Assembly: GCA_002633005.1 (NCBI GenBank)
Contig: NMRA01000130.1
Coordinates: 553,065 to 617,064 of the forward strand
Length of the DNA stretch: 64,000 nucleotides
Direction of reading: 5' to 3'
Source: Phoronis australis
Lineage: Eukaryota > Animalia > Phoronida
Shown here: positions 1-28,921 of the stretch, one piece after another
Position numbering within the stretch: position 1 is the first letter of the stretch
Layout: every line of letters starts with the position of its first letter
Program-made: the position numbers and the translations under genes
Notes under the pieces: generated by a model
What the model was told of the DNA's origin: nothing
Database searches by the model: none
Seen by the model: the letters and a program-made list of their open reading frames with translations, nothing else

Positions 1-687
1 GCACTGTCCTGACTTTCAGTCAAAAAAGTTTCACATGGAACCATTTCAATAGCGTTTTAATCGAGTGATAATCAAAACTTTACTCTCATATATTGTTTTG
101 GGCTTAATGTAAAAATCAGCTATCCAAGATTCCGCGCTGCAAAAGGGATAGGTTTTATCAGGAAGAGATATCTCTTCCTGGTTTTATGGAATTACCTATA
201 TAAAAGTATGGTCTCTGGAACAAAACCTTATGAAAGTGTACTAGGTTTTTCAAGGAAAGTCTTTACAAATGGATTCCCCGACGAGTCTACTCTCTAAATA
301 GGTGGACATCCGAATAGTCGAAGTACCCCGGAAATTAGTTTCAACCAAAGAATCTTGACAGCTGTTACTAGACAGGAGCTAGCCTCTTTAGAATATTTGT
401 CTCATTAGAAACCAATGATTCTGATCAGCATAACTAACTCTGGTCAGTATTGTTCGCAAAACGTTAGTTTAAGTACATATATTATTACCTAGTGAGTACT
501 GAATGTACATATTTTTTAATAACACCAAATTTCATGTACAGTCCAACTCTTTTTAATACACTAAGAAAGTTTAATTAGTCGCCAAATGGTCGTACCGCAC
601 ACTTGCAAAATGTTTATTTGGTGTGAACGAATTTGGCCAATATCTGAACAGTAACGTATTCTTTATGAGGTCCAGTAATCAAACTTG

Positions 688-2001
688 TTATTTATTTAAG
701 TTGTACAAAACACATTTAGATAGCTTTAACCGTGCACAAGCCATATCTAACTGGTACGTCGATGCAGCCTTGTTAATGTCAGACCCATTTTTGACTTGTA
801 GGTTAAGAAGTTTCGGGTATGCTGTGAACGGCATTTCATTGCTCAGTATGAAATATGCAGGGTTAAACAGCTTCTTTAGTACTTCTGTATTTCTTTCACT
901 GATTTTATCAGCAATGGCATCCAAAGGACCCAGGCAATCATTACCAGTTGCTCTGTTGTCAACAATCTTGGCAGCACGTTCGCAATCCTTATGCTTTACC
1001 GACTCGAAATGACTTTGAATATTTGACAGTCTAAAATAGAAACATAAGGTGTGTCAAAAGACGAATTAGCAGAGTAACTATGATATCTGAACCATTGTCT
1101 GCACAGTTTTGGTCATGTGTACCTTATATTAGTTTAAAATCAAATTTTAACATATAATAATGCCACACATACTTTTATTTTCAATAAATAATTACATAGA
1201 CCGCGAAAAAGTCACCCTTCAGAGCGACCTTATTCCTCTTCTTTTGGAGTCGCTACCGGGAGCCGGGAATTCATAAGTTTCCTTTGGAATTCCAACAGAA
1301 TAAATACCCGGCCTTTAAAACTGCTGTGTAGTTTAGAAAATGTGTGGTCAATCATTCCCTTTTTAGCTTTTGCGCTTACCTGTATGACTTGCATCCGTCG
1401 ATGAACGTGGTATTTCCAGCTGTACTAGGGAAGCGCTGGCAAAAATCACAAGTCATACCTTGTTCTCTGTCTCGCAGGCCAGGAAACCTATTTTCCCACG
1501 ATGGAACCCACCCCCGAACTCTTTTTTTCATGTAGTTGCTTTGATGAGTCATCCTGGGATCGCTTTTTAGAAACTAAACTAAGGAAGCCCCGTCCAGGCT
1601 GCCTAATGTTTGGACATTTTGCCAGAGTGCAGACGATCAGTAGTATCACGTGACAACTTATTCAGAAACTGCAGGGCTAGTTCAGAGAATGGAAAGGATT
1701 TGACCGCGGCATCATCTGTACACTCACGCAGCATCACACTCATTCAATTTTCCTTACGGTGCTCATTCGAAGACGGGAGTTTCCTTGATGACCACCGGGG
1801 TTTTTCGACGGTATTTAGGTTTGTGTCGGGGTTCGTTTCTTTGGAGCGACTGTCGAGCAGACAATCTTAGGATCTGTCTACTTGCCTATGCGGCCAGCTT
1901 TTTTAACTTGCCCGTCGGGTAGGTACTTCTCAAATTCCACTTGCCCGACGCAAAATCTACCTGTACACGGGCAATCGGGCAACCGTTAGTGTTGAGCCCT
2001 G
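688..2001 (-). mobile_element. Decayed hAT-superfamily DNA transposon (5' end) with an intron-containing TTF zinc-finger/ZNF862-like transposase fragment
   Basis: The minus-strand terminus CAGGGCTCAACACTAACGGTTGCCCGATTGCCCG (ending at 2001) has GCCCG subterminal repeats. The segment ~1531-1380 reads KKRVRGWVPSWENRFPGL..MTCDFCQRF..FIDGCKSYR. It splices (GTAAG at 1379-1375, TTTTAG acceptor at 1031) to 1030-~730, LSNIQSHFESVKHKDC...KLFNPAYFILSNEMPFTAYPKLLNLQVKNG...MACAR, which matches motifs typical of hAT/ZNF862-like N-termini. There is a frameshift upstream and I cannot read a DDE domain. Confidence 0.7.
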
Positions 2002-2135
2002 ATAGTTATAGCTATTTCTAACCATTTATTTGTCAAACACGATATTACAAATCAATATTACCAATGCGAGTACCCATACACTATTTAACCCCTGCAGGTG
2101 CTTCCAGACGAATTATTTAGAACATGTATGAATGA

Positions 2136-2585
2136 TATGAAGCACCAAAGAGTTCTTAAACGAGTACCTTTCTGTGCATTGAAATGTGCTTAATCAGTGC
2201 GTAGTTTTGCTTAATTAACGCGCACTTTTGCTTAATCGATTCGTAGTTTTACTTTTAAGTAAAACTACGCTGATTAAAATCAACATAGTTTAAAACTTAT
2301 TTGTTCCTAACAAAGTAACGGCGCCATCATTTACGTGGTCACTTGATAAGAATCGGCAACATTCTTCAACAGTTGCCTTGCACCCAGAAAGTCTTCTGCC
2401 ATTTTTAGATTTGAGGTAAAAATTTGCATTGATGAAGCAAAAGTACACGTTGAATAATAGCAGAAGGATGCATCGTTTAAGAGCTAAACTTACGTGTTGA
2501 TTAAGCAAAGTACATGTTGATTAAGCAAAACTACGGATTGATTAAGCACAAAGGTACTCGTTAAAGAACCCTTTGGCGCTTCATA
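2136..2585. mobile_element. MITE with ~35-bp TIRs, ~21-bp subterminal repeats and probable TA target duplication
   Basis: TATGAAGCACCAAAGAGTTCTTAAACGAGTACCTT at 2136 is the inverted match of AAGGTACTCGTTAAAGAACCCTTTGGCGCTTCATA ending at 2585. Internal TTTTGCTTAATC / GATTAAGCAAA repeats are mirrored. Confidence 0.75.
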
Positions 2586-3342
2586 TTAATTAAGTGAAAA
2601 CTTCACTCAACAAGAATTTACTCTCATGGTGTCCAAAGTCTTTGTTGTTATATTGATCTAGGATTGCTACGTATTTTTCAGAGTAATGAAATTTGCGAAA
2701 TAATTAGTAAGAACATTCAAATTTAAGTTATTTTTTTAATTTTTGTAATGTAATGTAATATTTCGTATATAAAAACCAGTTGAACACCTTGTTTTCTGTT
2801 TAAAAAGGATTCCAGACGTCATTATATTTTTATCCAAAGGAAGTTTATATTTTGTTGATAGTTACAGCTTTTTCATACTGAGTATGTAATAAATCATGAA
2901 TAATGTTTGAATCTTGCACTGAAAATCATCAGGGAAGAGTGGAGAATAACCTCTTAAAATGGCGTGCTGGCAACGTTTTTGTTTGGTCATGTGTGCCTAT
3001 GTGCAATAATCAGAAAGGGTTTATATAACAACTACATTTATTAGTTCTCAATCACTGCCAACATAAACAAGTACAAAAAGGTTGAAAAAATATCCATACA
3101 ATATGTGTTACAAAACCCACTTCACATATACAATGATGGAAGTCTTGTTCTTAACCAGAAGCGTAAACACAGTGGTTTTGTCCTAGAAAAAATGTGTGGG
3201 ACTGGCCATGAACTGTATTAGGTCCAGTGAACTGTGAAGTGCGAGCTGAGTAAACAATTATTCCCTTAACATTCAACCTGATATTAGATGAAATGTTCAG
3301 CAGATAAAACGTTCTGCATCACGTCATCAATTATCAGAGTCA

Positions 3343-3550
3343 GGCAGTGTGGCCTCGTGTGATAGGTGCCCACTTTCTTTACTAGAGGTCGTGGGTTCAA
3401 ATCCGACTGGATCATACTGCTAAACCTTTGTGCTCGGTTTCAACTTTATACGGCATTAATAAAGCATAGAAATGGTTCCAGGTGATCAGTGCAATGGGCC
3501 CACATTAGCAGCCTGCGCATGTCTGGTACAACACGTATCGACCACCTGCA
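3343..3550 (+). mobile_element. tRNA-derived SINE, family A, copy 1
   Basis: A-box-like TGGCCTCGTGTG and B-box GGTTCAAATCC. Head and body (GGTTCCAGGTGATCAGTGCA, GTCTGGTACA) recur in inverted orientation at 16488-16708. Confidence 0.7.
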
Positions 3551-5167
3551 TTTAAGTATGTAGAATGAAAAGGAAATATTTTGTGCACTGTGACTATTGT
3601 TGTGTTACTGCGACAGAATTTTTCCTTTTTTTTGTAGAAATCAAACAATATTAAGGCCACACAAAACTCACTACTATCAGAAAAGTACTGCAGATTAATT
3701 GTATGCGAATGTTTTCATTTTTAAAAAGACCATTCTCAGCGGATTTTTAGCTATGTTATTTTGGGCCAGATTGTTTACACAAGTCACTCACCTTCATTTC
3801 TGCATGGACCCTAACCATGTCACTGTGAACACAATTATGTATTTTGTGTTAGGCCTCTCCTGGGGGTTTGTTGGTAAGAGATATTGTTTTCAAAAGGATA
3901 CTAAACCCTGTTTGATGATTTCAACCAACCCTCATTCTGTCACCTGCTAATGCATCATTGGCGTAAATCTTTAAGGATATCTCAAACCTTATTTACAGAA
4001 ATTGGCCATTTTTACAATATTTCACGTGTCTAGCAAAGCTATTTTATCTTGATTCACGGGAACTTCAAATACAAAATATATACCGTGCACCTAGAAAAAA
4101 AAGATTTAGCAGAACCACCTTGGAACCGCACAACTGCTTGGATATTTGTTTACAACTTATCCGAGGTCAAAGGTTACAGAGCTATCACTCCAATCGAATC
4201 TCCCGCCAGGTACACAACAGCTTCGTATGTATCCGCAGTCCTTTCATTCACTGAGTCGCCATAATAATGAGTCAACGAGGTGTACTTATGATAGAACGGT
4301 GCCGGGAAAACAAAGACAAAATATAGTTTTCATCCCGAGGGAGTTGTGCGTCTACATGCATTCGACTGTTGAGAAGAAATGCCACGACTAGGAGTCACCT
4401 CACGCCTCTATGGTCACGAACACAGCAAGTTGTGAAAAGAGATAAATCCTCACCCAAATTCATTAATTTGATCGGTAATTAACATTTTGCTGTTTCCATC
4501 TCATGCTTTAACAACCGACTCGATTTTTGTTACCTACATCTTACTTGGTTTCGTATCAGTCTCGCGGCACGTGACGTGTATAGACTATGTGTATGTATAA
4601 CAATGAACTGTGACCTACTATTAAGTACCTCACAGCAACAGGAACAGTTGATCCCACCTCGTGGCTGGGGACAATACGTTTTAATGATAATTAAGTTAAT
4701 TACACACTGCAAATACAGTTGACATTGCGAGTGAATGTTGAAATAGCTAATATGGTTTAGGCATGTATAGGTTGTATTGAATGAAAACAAGTTTTCACCC
4801 AATAATTAACTGAAGGCTTTGAGATTTTCACTAATGTCCCAGTTTAATCGGCTTTTTCTGGGCTTTGGCAAATCGACTTTATTTGAACTTAGAACTCGAG
4901 TTCTCGAAAACAGCTTATTGGTTTTCGCTGAAACTTTCCAAATTTAATATTTCATTGATCAATCTCAAAAACGCTGTTAGGACTTTTGATATAAAGGCCT
5001 AGTTTTTGCGCAATGTAACAAAGACGAATATGACTTCTTTTTTTACAAAAATATGTTACCTTTACGCGACATTAGCCTATTTGGACATTTTTTAAGGTCC
5101 AACATAACCTTCAATGATATTTATATTAATACTTGATATGATTTCCACTGATGTGATTGTTTTACAG

Positions 5168-21956
<16,789 letters not shown>

Positions 21957-22337
21957 ACCTCATGAGAAGTGAGAAGTGCACCAGGGGTCAGATTAATATC
22001 CATTACCGTTAAAGTAATCATTGTTGAATTGTGTCAGTCACCAAAATTTTGTCATAATTTTATTTATATGCGCTAACCGTGAAGCGATACTTAAGCTAGT
22101 TTACTGTGAAACAACCCACGAGGATCAGATAAAAAGATCATTATATATTATGACAAATTTAACTACTACAGGTTATAAAATATGTGGAGCTGTAAAGGTG
22201 CCAAAGCAACACCATGGTATCGATATGAGGAAATTGAGAAAAAATGGCAAAAAAAAAAATAAGAAAATGGGTTGAGGGAGGGAAAGTATAGAGAAATTGA
22301 ATGAAATATACTGAGTCGAAGAGAAAGTATGGATGAT

Positions 22338-22585
22338 GGCACAGTGTTGCAATGAGACGTAGAAACCATGTGGTGCAAATATGCCAGTAGTGGTAGACCA
22401 AAGATTTTCACTGACTCGAGAATCAAAACAATATGATAATCAGTATGAAGCAGTATAGCTTGCATATTGGCACAATGTTGCGACGAGACAAAGAAACCAC
22501 GTGGTACAAATAAGCCAATAGTGGGAGACCAAAAAGGGTCACTGACCCGAGAGTCAAAACACCGAGTATGAGGCAGTGTAGCTTT
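22338..22585. repeat. Diverged ~130-bp tandem duplication in the UPP 3' UTR
   Basis: GGCACA.TGTTGC.A.GAGAC..AGAAACCA.GTGGT.CAAATA.GCCA.TAGTGG.AGACCAAA...TCACTGAC.CGAGA.TCAAAACA...AGTATGA.GCAGT.TAGCTT occurs at 22338 and 22469. Confidence 0.85.
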
Positions 22586-22667
22586 AATGATTTAATACTT
22601 AAATAATATATCGCAAATAAGATCTGTGAACCTAACTTTCATCATTTCTGTTGATCTGTTATTGTAA

Positions 22668-22673
22668 AATAAA
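22668..22673 (+). promoter_or_regulatory. Candidate proximal UPP polyadenylation signal
   Basis: AATAAA about 710 nt after the stop codon, followed by a T-rich tract (ACTTTTTATTCCTTGTG). Confidence 0.5.
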
Positions 22674-23972
22674 GGTTTCTAAAACTTTTTATTCCTTGTG
22701 ACATTAATGCAACTAGCCTTTAAAAATTGAGAAATTTCAGTTTTAGCAACAGCACATTTCTTGCAAAAGTGAAGAGAGATCTGTGTAATTGAATATTAAG
22801 AAATCATTTATTGCATGATGAAGGCTGGCCTTCTGAGTTTTGCTTAAGAATTATTTTTCAATATAAAATTGATGCATACTATGACTCCATGTTACAGAAA
22901 TATTTTTATTCTGTGGCCTCTAATTGATGGGTAGTGTGGTAAATATTCTCCTGAATTTGGGACAGTGAAAAAGTGAAAACTTAATTATTTTGCTCAGAGT
23001 CGCAGCTCGTCCCAAATTTTAGAAATAGTCAATTTAATTGGCCATCGCAAATTCAAAACACAGACTGGAAAGAAAACAAAATTACCCAATCTGTAGATTA
23101 AAAACACATTGTCCGAAATTTGAGAAATATGATGAACCAACCTTGTAACAAATTACAGAATGAAGAGAATTCAATTTTTGTGAGATTTTCTGTGTCCCAA
23201 ATGCTAAAGACTGTTCGAAGTTGGAGAACTTTTACCGTAATTTTTTCTCTTCGGTTATTGTTTGTGTGTATTACGGTACAACGTTCTCACCGTAACAAAA
23301 ATCACTGATTTGGTGCTTCGCATCACCCTTATTACGTCAAGGTAATAAACTGACAAATGTAGCAAAAAGGCTTTACCGACCCTCTTTCATTGAGTATGTG
23401 CTACCTCACAGCTGTACTTAGACAGTTGAGAAGATAATCCGCACAGTATGTCACATAGGTCAGTGTGTATGTTGTGGTGATTATTTCATTACTTGCACAT
23501 GTCTGCTGATTTTCAGTACCTGATTTGCACACCTCATTATTCATAGTTAGTTGTGTGGTTAAATCTAGCACTTTCTCTTTGTACAGTGCAGTGCTTTTGG
23601 GTTTTTGTCCACCAAATTTGCACCAGTAGTAGTCGTTTAATGGGACACCAAAAGTAAAGAAAATTGCCAAAAAATTACACTAAAATAAAGTGTCAGAAAT
23701 TTAGGATACAATATGGCTGACGCGTGAAATTTTGTTGTCATTCATTTTTCAATGAAACATTTATAGCACAAATTTAAATTAAATGATGTCCCATGTTCAA
23801 GGTTTGTTCCGCAACTACCACTGAAGCCTTTGAAAATCGAAAGAGGCATTTTTGGCAATAATTTTGTCCAAAATTGCTAAGACTTGACTGAAAATTTTTT
23901 AAAAGGATACTTATACCCTGTTTTAATGGTTTAAACCAATCCTCATTCTGTCACCTGCTAATGCATCATTCG

Positions 23973-24103
23973 TGTCAACCGTCCAAGTTAAAGGTACGAA
24001 TCAACTAAAAGCTTGGCGTCAACCTTCCAAGTTAAAGGTACGAATCAACTAAAAGCTTGGCGTCAACCTTCCAAGTTAAAGGTACGAATCAACTAAAAGC
24101 TTG
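23973..24103. repeat. Near-perfect 44-bp minisatellite x3
   Basis: CGTCAACCTTCCAAGTTAAAGGTACGAATCAACTAAAAGCTTGG starts at 23973, 24017 and 24061. It is embedded in a dispersed repeat also present at ~3893-4010. Confidence 0.93.
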
Positions 24104-27100
24104 TACTCCCTATGTCACAAATTGGACATTCTACTTCCTTCATGGGTGGTCTTTTTCCCCAGTTTCCATGTAATTTGCCCGTTTAGCAGACTTAGAAAGG
24201 AGTTTTCAAAATTTCCTCCAAACTTTTGAGGGTTGTCGATGGTTGCAGAGCATTTTTTATTTCAGAGAACTGGGTGGGAAAGTCGTTTTTAGTATATGTT
24301 AATTGGCCAAAACCGGATTTGGTATCCTTTTAAATGTTGGTCGGGAGGCAGTGGGTAGACTGAACCAAAAGAGGAATACTAACAGGCCCAGTGTAATCTT
24401 TGGCGAAGACTTGCTTTAGCTAAATCCCTTTTCTTACTTGATGTGCCCATTGTTGCTGTTTATCCAGTTGGAACCGCGTTACAATGATCCTGCTTTATGA
24501 TGTTCGCACGCTGCATGTTACATTCCATATATATATGGATGCAACTCTCATTATTTTATTCCGTTCACGCTTTTCATTGTCTTTCTCAAACTATTTGTGT
24601 ACTTTTTGATTTTAAGTTCTTGTTTTTACAGTGAACTAAAACAATCGATTAGACACTCAAGAAATGAGTGAAGTATCGCTTTAACTTTTTACCTTCATGT
24701 ATTAGAGCACCTCACATAATCAGAAATTCCACATATTAAATTTGCTTTTAGCGTCTAACTAATTCGTTTTGTTGCATATCTTAGTAGCCACCATTTTCTT
24801 GACCCGAGTTATTCACCAGATGATGTCCTGCTGCCTGTACACTCTCACAGCTAAACTGTCCTCTGAGTACAAAAATTAAGCTTTCGTTGCTTATGGAAGA
24901 TTTGTTATGTTTATGCACTTAGCAAAGAATCTCAGTTGCTCACGCACACCTGTTTTATAAATTTCTAACTGGTCTACTTTCCAATGCTCAACGTATGAAC
25001 GATTATTTTTTTAAGAGTGCACTCGCGAGGGTTCGTTGTAATGTGGTTCAACTACACCTTTATAAACACGTAACTTGTTTGCTGTGCATATCATTTATTA
25101 ACCAAATATATTACCACACTGTCAGATAACAATGCAATCTCATTTTGTAGAGAAAATTGTGTACTTAATTTTCATTCATATTTTGTCTTCCATTCTTGTT
25201 GTTTTCTACTCAAATTTTTAAAAAGTTAAATTGATTTTATTTTAAATTATATCTGTCTTCAAGTCTTTATTTTGATGAAACCTTGTATGCAGAGTGTGAC
25301 TTTCTTGTCTATTTTGATTGGTTGAGGACAAGGTTAAAGAGTTTAGTTTTACACTGTTATTATATAATTTATGTAATCCACAATTTTATATCATCACCGA
25401 TATGACAATAAAAAAATTGAGTGTCCAAGTTGTATTTCTTATCCTTCACATAGTTATATCCAATATTGCTGTAATGCACACTTACTGGAGTGCAAGCAAC
25501 TAGTGACTCAGCAAGGAAGTTTAACACAGATAGCTCAAAGGCATCTAAGTGTAGCAGAGCATTGTTTTGAGAAATTATGAACCGACTTTTTTGAGAAGTG
25601 ATTTGAATGCTGGCCAGTCGCTCAAAACAAGAGTTCACGAAGGTGTCCCAGTAGCCCTCGTACAACTAATTAGCCATTGATCAATGTGCAAAATGTTGAT
25701 ATTCTGGCCAATAACCAGTGATCACCATGAAGGACGAACACAGCCTAATAAGTTACACCACTGGAATGTTGGTATCATAGTAAGAAGTATCTGCTAATTT
25801 GGGTGCAGATGCTAAGAATGCAAATCGGATGTCTGACGAGTGCTTGCATGTGCAGGGCCATGGGAAGGTCTCCCAAAAAACTTGCAGGTGTCTGGGTTAA
25901 AACGTGACAACTGGCATGGGCTATTTGATATATCTCTTATAATGCTGTTACTGCTTTTGTTAAAGCAATTTCCTTGAAATAATGAGGCAAAATTCCAAAA
26001 CTTAGTTGTTTATTTACAATATAAATACATAACATCACGGGTAGTCATCAACACCACCATTTTAACTGCTGTGCTTGACGCGTCCTCCACTTAAAAGTTC
26101 ACGACAACGTGCACTGAATTTCCTAACACGATAATGTCACAAGAAACCGACAGGTACAGATCTGCCTTTCAGAGATCCACCCACTAACAGTGGGCGGAGA
26201 CAGCTCCACCTCATAATCATATATGGTTGTCGGTGGGCGGAGACAATAACACTTTTACACCATTTATGGCTTCCCGGTGGGAAGAGATGAACAAAGTTGA
26301 TATTTACGTTTCACAGAGTTAATCCATAACACAATGTCACAGAATCTCAGACTTGCACCAGAAATAGACAAGAGGCAAACTTTACACGTCCGTCTACAAC
26401 GCTCGTCAATGTCACCACTAAAGTAACTGAAATGCGTTACTCCATCAACTAAAGTACTGAAAACAAAAAATTTTACATCACGGAATTATGTTGCATTTAA
26501 CGGTAACCAGCTCTAAAATAATTTTTAGATAACTACGGCCAGTGTGTGTGTGTGTGTTTGTGTGGACAATTAATTTATTACCCACTGGACGAAACAAGGT
26601 GTCTTTTGTATCAAATAGTAAAAAACGTGCTTTACCAGGGGGTATATTTCATGAAAAGTGACTTTGCACTTTAGTCTGAAATTCTGATTTGTGCTCACAC
26701 AGATATTGAATTAAGTTTATGCCATGTAATTATTAGAGCCATCTCAGTTGTTTATAAATAATTTACAAAAATTATCAGAGCTACTAGCTATGATGAGTAT
26801 ATTTTCAGTGACCCTGTAATTATGCTGAGGTGAAGTAAAACTATTTTTCAGAAATTGTGTGAAGCACAAGACAAAATTTTTGACTTCAAGTAATCTATCA
26901 CTTTTCACGAAACCATAGATTAATACATGGACCAGCAACTGTGCATATTCTCAGTGCACAAAATCTGTTATCTTGCACACAAGTCGTGACCAACACTATT
27001 GGCTGCGACATCACTATTCACTAGCGGCGCCTGGTGGAAGGACGAGCTTTACTTCTGGCAAGTACATTGTCTGCTCTCTGACTGGACAATGGCAGCTCCT

Positions 27101-28698
27101 CTAGGAAGTCCACACGCAAATATAGAGTTAGGAATATGTTGTCTATCACCTATGATGAAACTGAACCCAGGGGCCCATTTTATCAATGGTGGCCTGCTAA
27201 GCCACAATCAAAATCACCGCATCCAATTTTTCATCTGTCACACACTTCACTAATATGCATCAATAAGATGGTTAAGGGAAATGCAGGACGTTATTGTTAA
27301 GTCTGTATATAGCCAAGCGTATACAACACTTAAGACTTCAACTTGGCAAAAGTTGATATTTTCTGAAATTATACAGCACATGACCATTTATCTTTTCAGC
27401 GAAACTTAGCAATACAAGGGTACCAATAACATGATCAAATTTTGTTTGATAGAAATGTAGAAAATCACACAAATGCTGTTACAGTTTTCGGAATTATTAC
27501 TTGGTCAAACAACTTTTGATTTTTTTTTCATAAAGATCATAAAAGTCCTTATGTTTGACAGCCTCTAATGAAGAAGGGGGACATTTTAAAAGCAATCCCC
27601 AAAAGCACAGAGGAGCACAACGCATGAGGCATGGTATCTGAAAGTTTCACATGACTCCGATCAGAGACTTCTAAAATATGACGTTCCAAAGTTGACCAAA
27701 TTTGGATATTTTTCTAGGGTCCTTCATAGCCTTAAGATGTTAGTTATTAAGCTTTGTTTCCATAACACAAGGGTGCCCTAGTAATCACATGCCTGTGACC
27801 ATCTAAGACAAGGCAAACCAACTTTGATAAAATGGATCCCAGAAAGTTGCAACTTACTGACAATAGCCCTCACATCAACTGTTAACTTACTAAAATAACT
27901 ATTTTCACTCAGCAAAGCTTACACTGCTATTGAATTTCATTCAAAACACCTAATTTAGAAATCACATTTCGAAAAAGATATTTTATCGTTAAGTTTTACG
28001 AAAATATGCAACAAACACATTGGTAAATTTAAATAATAAACAAAAATACATCAAGAAACAAATAATTCTGATTGGACGATCATCCAATTAAACATATCAT
28101 TATAGTATCTAACAAGTTGTGATCACAACATGAAGCAAATAATAATAAAAAAACAAATAAATACATACTCCAATAAGGTTTGAACTGACAAACTTACACT
28201 CACCTCTCTTCGTGAATAGAATCGATTTTCATTTCTACATAATAACATGTTCAGCTATTCTAATAAGTACTAAAAGGCGAGGGTAACTGAAGAGTTTGAC
28301 GATAAAGCTTTGACATTTTGCACTTTCCAAGTAGCAGCGATACAAAGGCATGACACTGCACTGGTCACAAAAAAATGGCACAGTGCAAAAATCACCAAAA
28401 GATGGCGACTGAAAACCTTAAATCCAATCTCCAGTACAGAGTTGATAATGCGAGCTCAGTAATTCTTAGCTTATTTTTCAAAAAAATTACTACATAAAAA
28501 TTTTCTGTGTTATTGACAGTTGCCAAGTGCATACAATGTTAAAAATCGAATAGAATTTTTGCTTTTAATTTTTGTCAAGAGCTTTTACAAAATAAAATTT
28601 CACTTGTCGGCCACATTTCTATGGGTAAATACGCAAAGAACTACCAAACACAATCATGAATTTATCCGAATACTACTTCCTACTTCTCGAACTCTCAT

Positions 28699-28921
28699 TA
28701 TGGTAAAATCTCGCCAATTTTGGACAAAAATAATTGCCAAAATTGCCCTTTGTTCTTTTTCAAGTGCTTATAACACTGGTGTGAATGCTCCCATTTTTTA
28801 AAAATATTATATGACCGTAGCTATTGTATAGAGCACGGAAAAGCATTAATATAGAAAAACGATCTAACAAAATTTCACTTGTCGGCCATATTGTGTCCTG
28901 AATAGGTGACATTTTACCGTA
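28699..28921. mobile_element. Tc1/mariner-like MITE family T1 (also ~30686-30805, 44698-44830, 51785-52029, 54835-55083, 56250-56463, ~61852-61970)
   Basis: Termini TA.GGTAAAATCTC.CCAATTT.GGACAAAAATAATTGCCAAAA and TGTGTCCT.AA..GGTGACATTTTACCGTA. Confidence 0.75.

Noticed and set aside
623-1012. 129-aa plus-strand ORF
   Set aside because: It is the antisense shadow of the hAT transposase fragment and has no recognisable domain.
23401-23408. let-7 8-mer seed match CTACCTCA downstream of UPP
   Set aside because: It lies beyond the first AATAAA, and the same word occurs at 57478 on the strand opposite SPOP. A few such hits are expected by chance.
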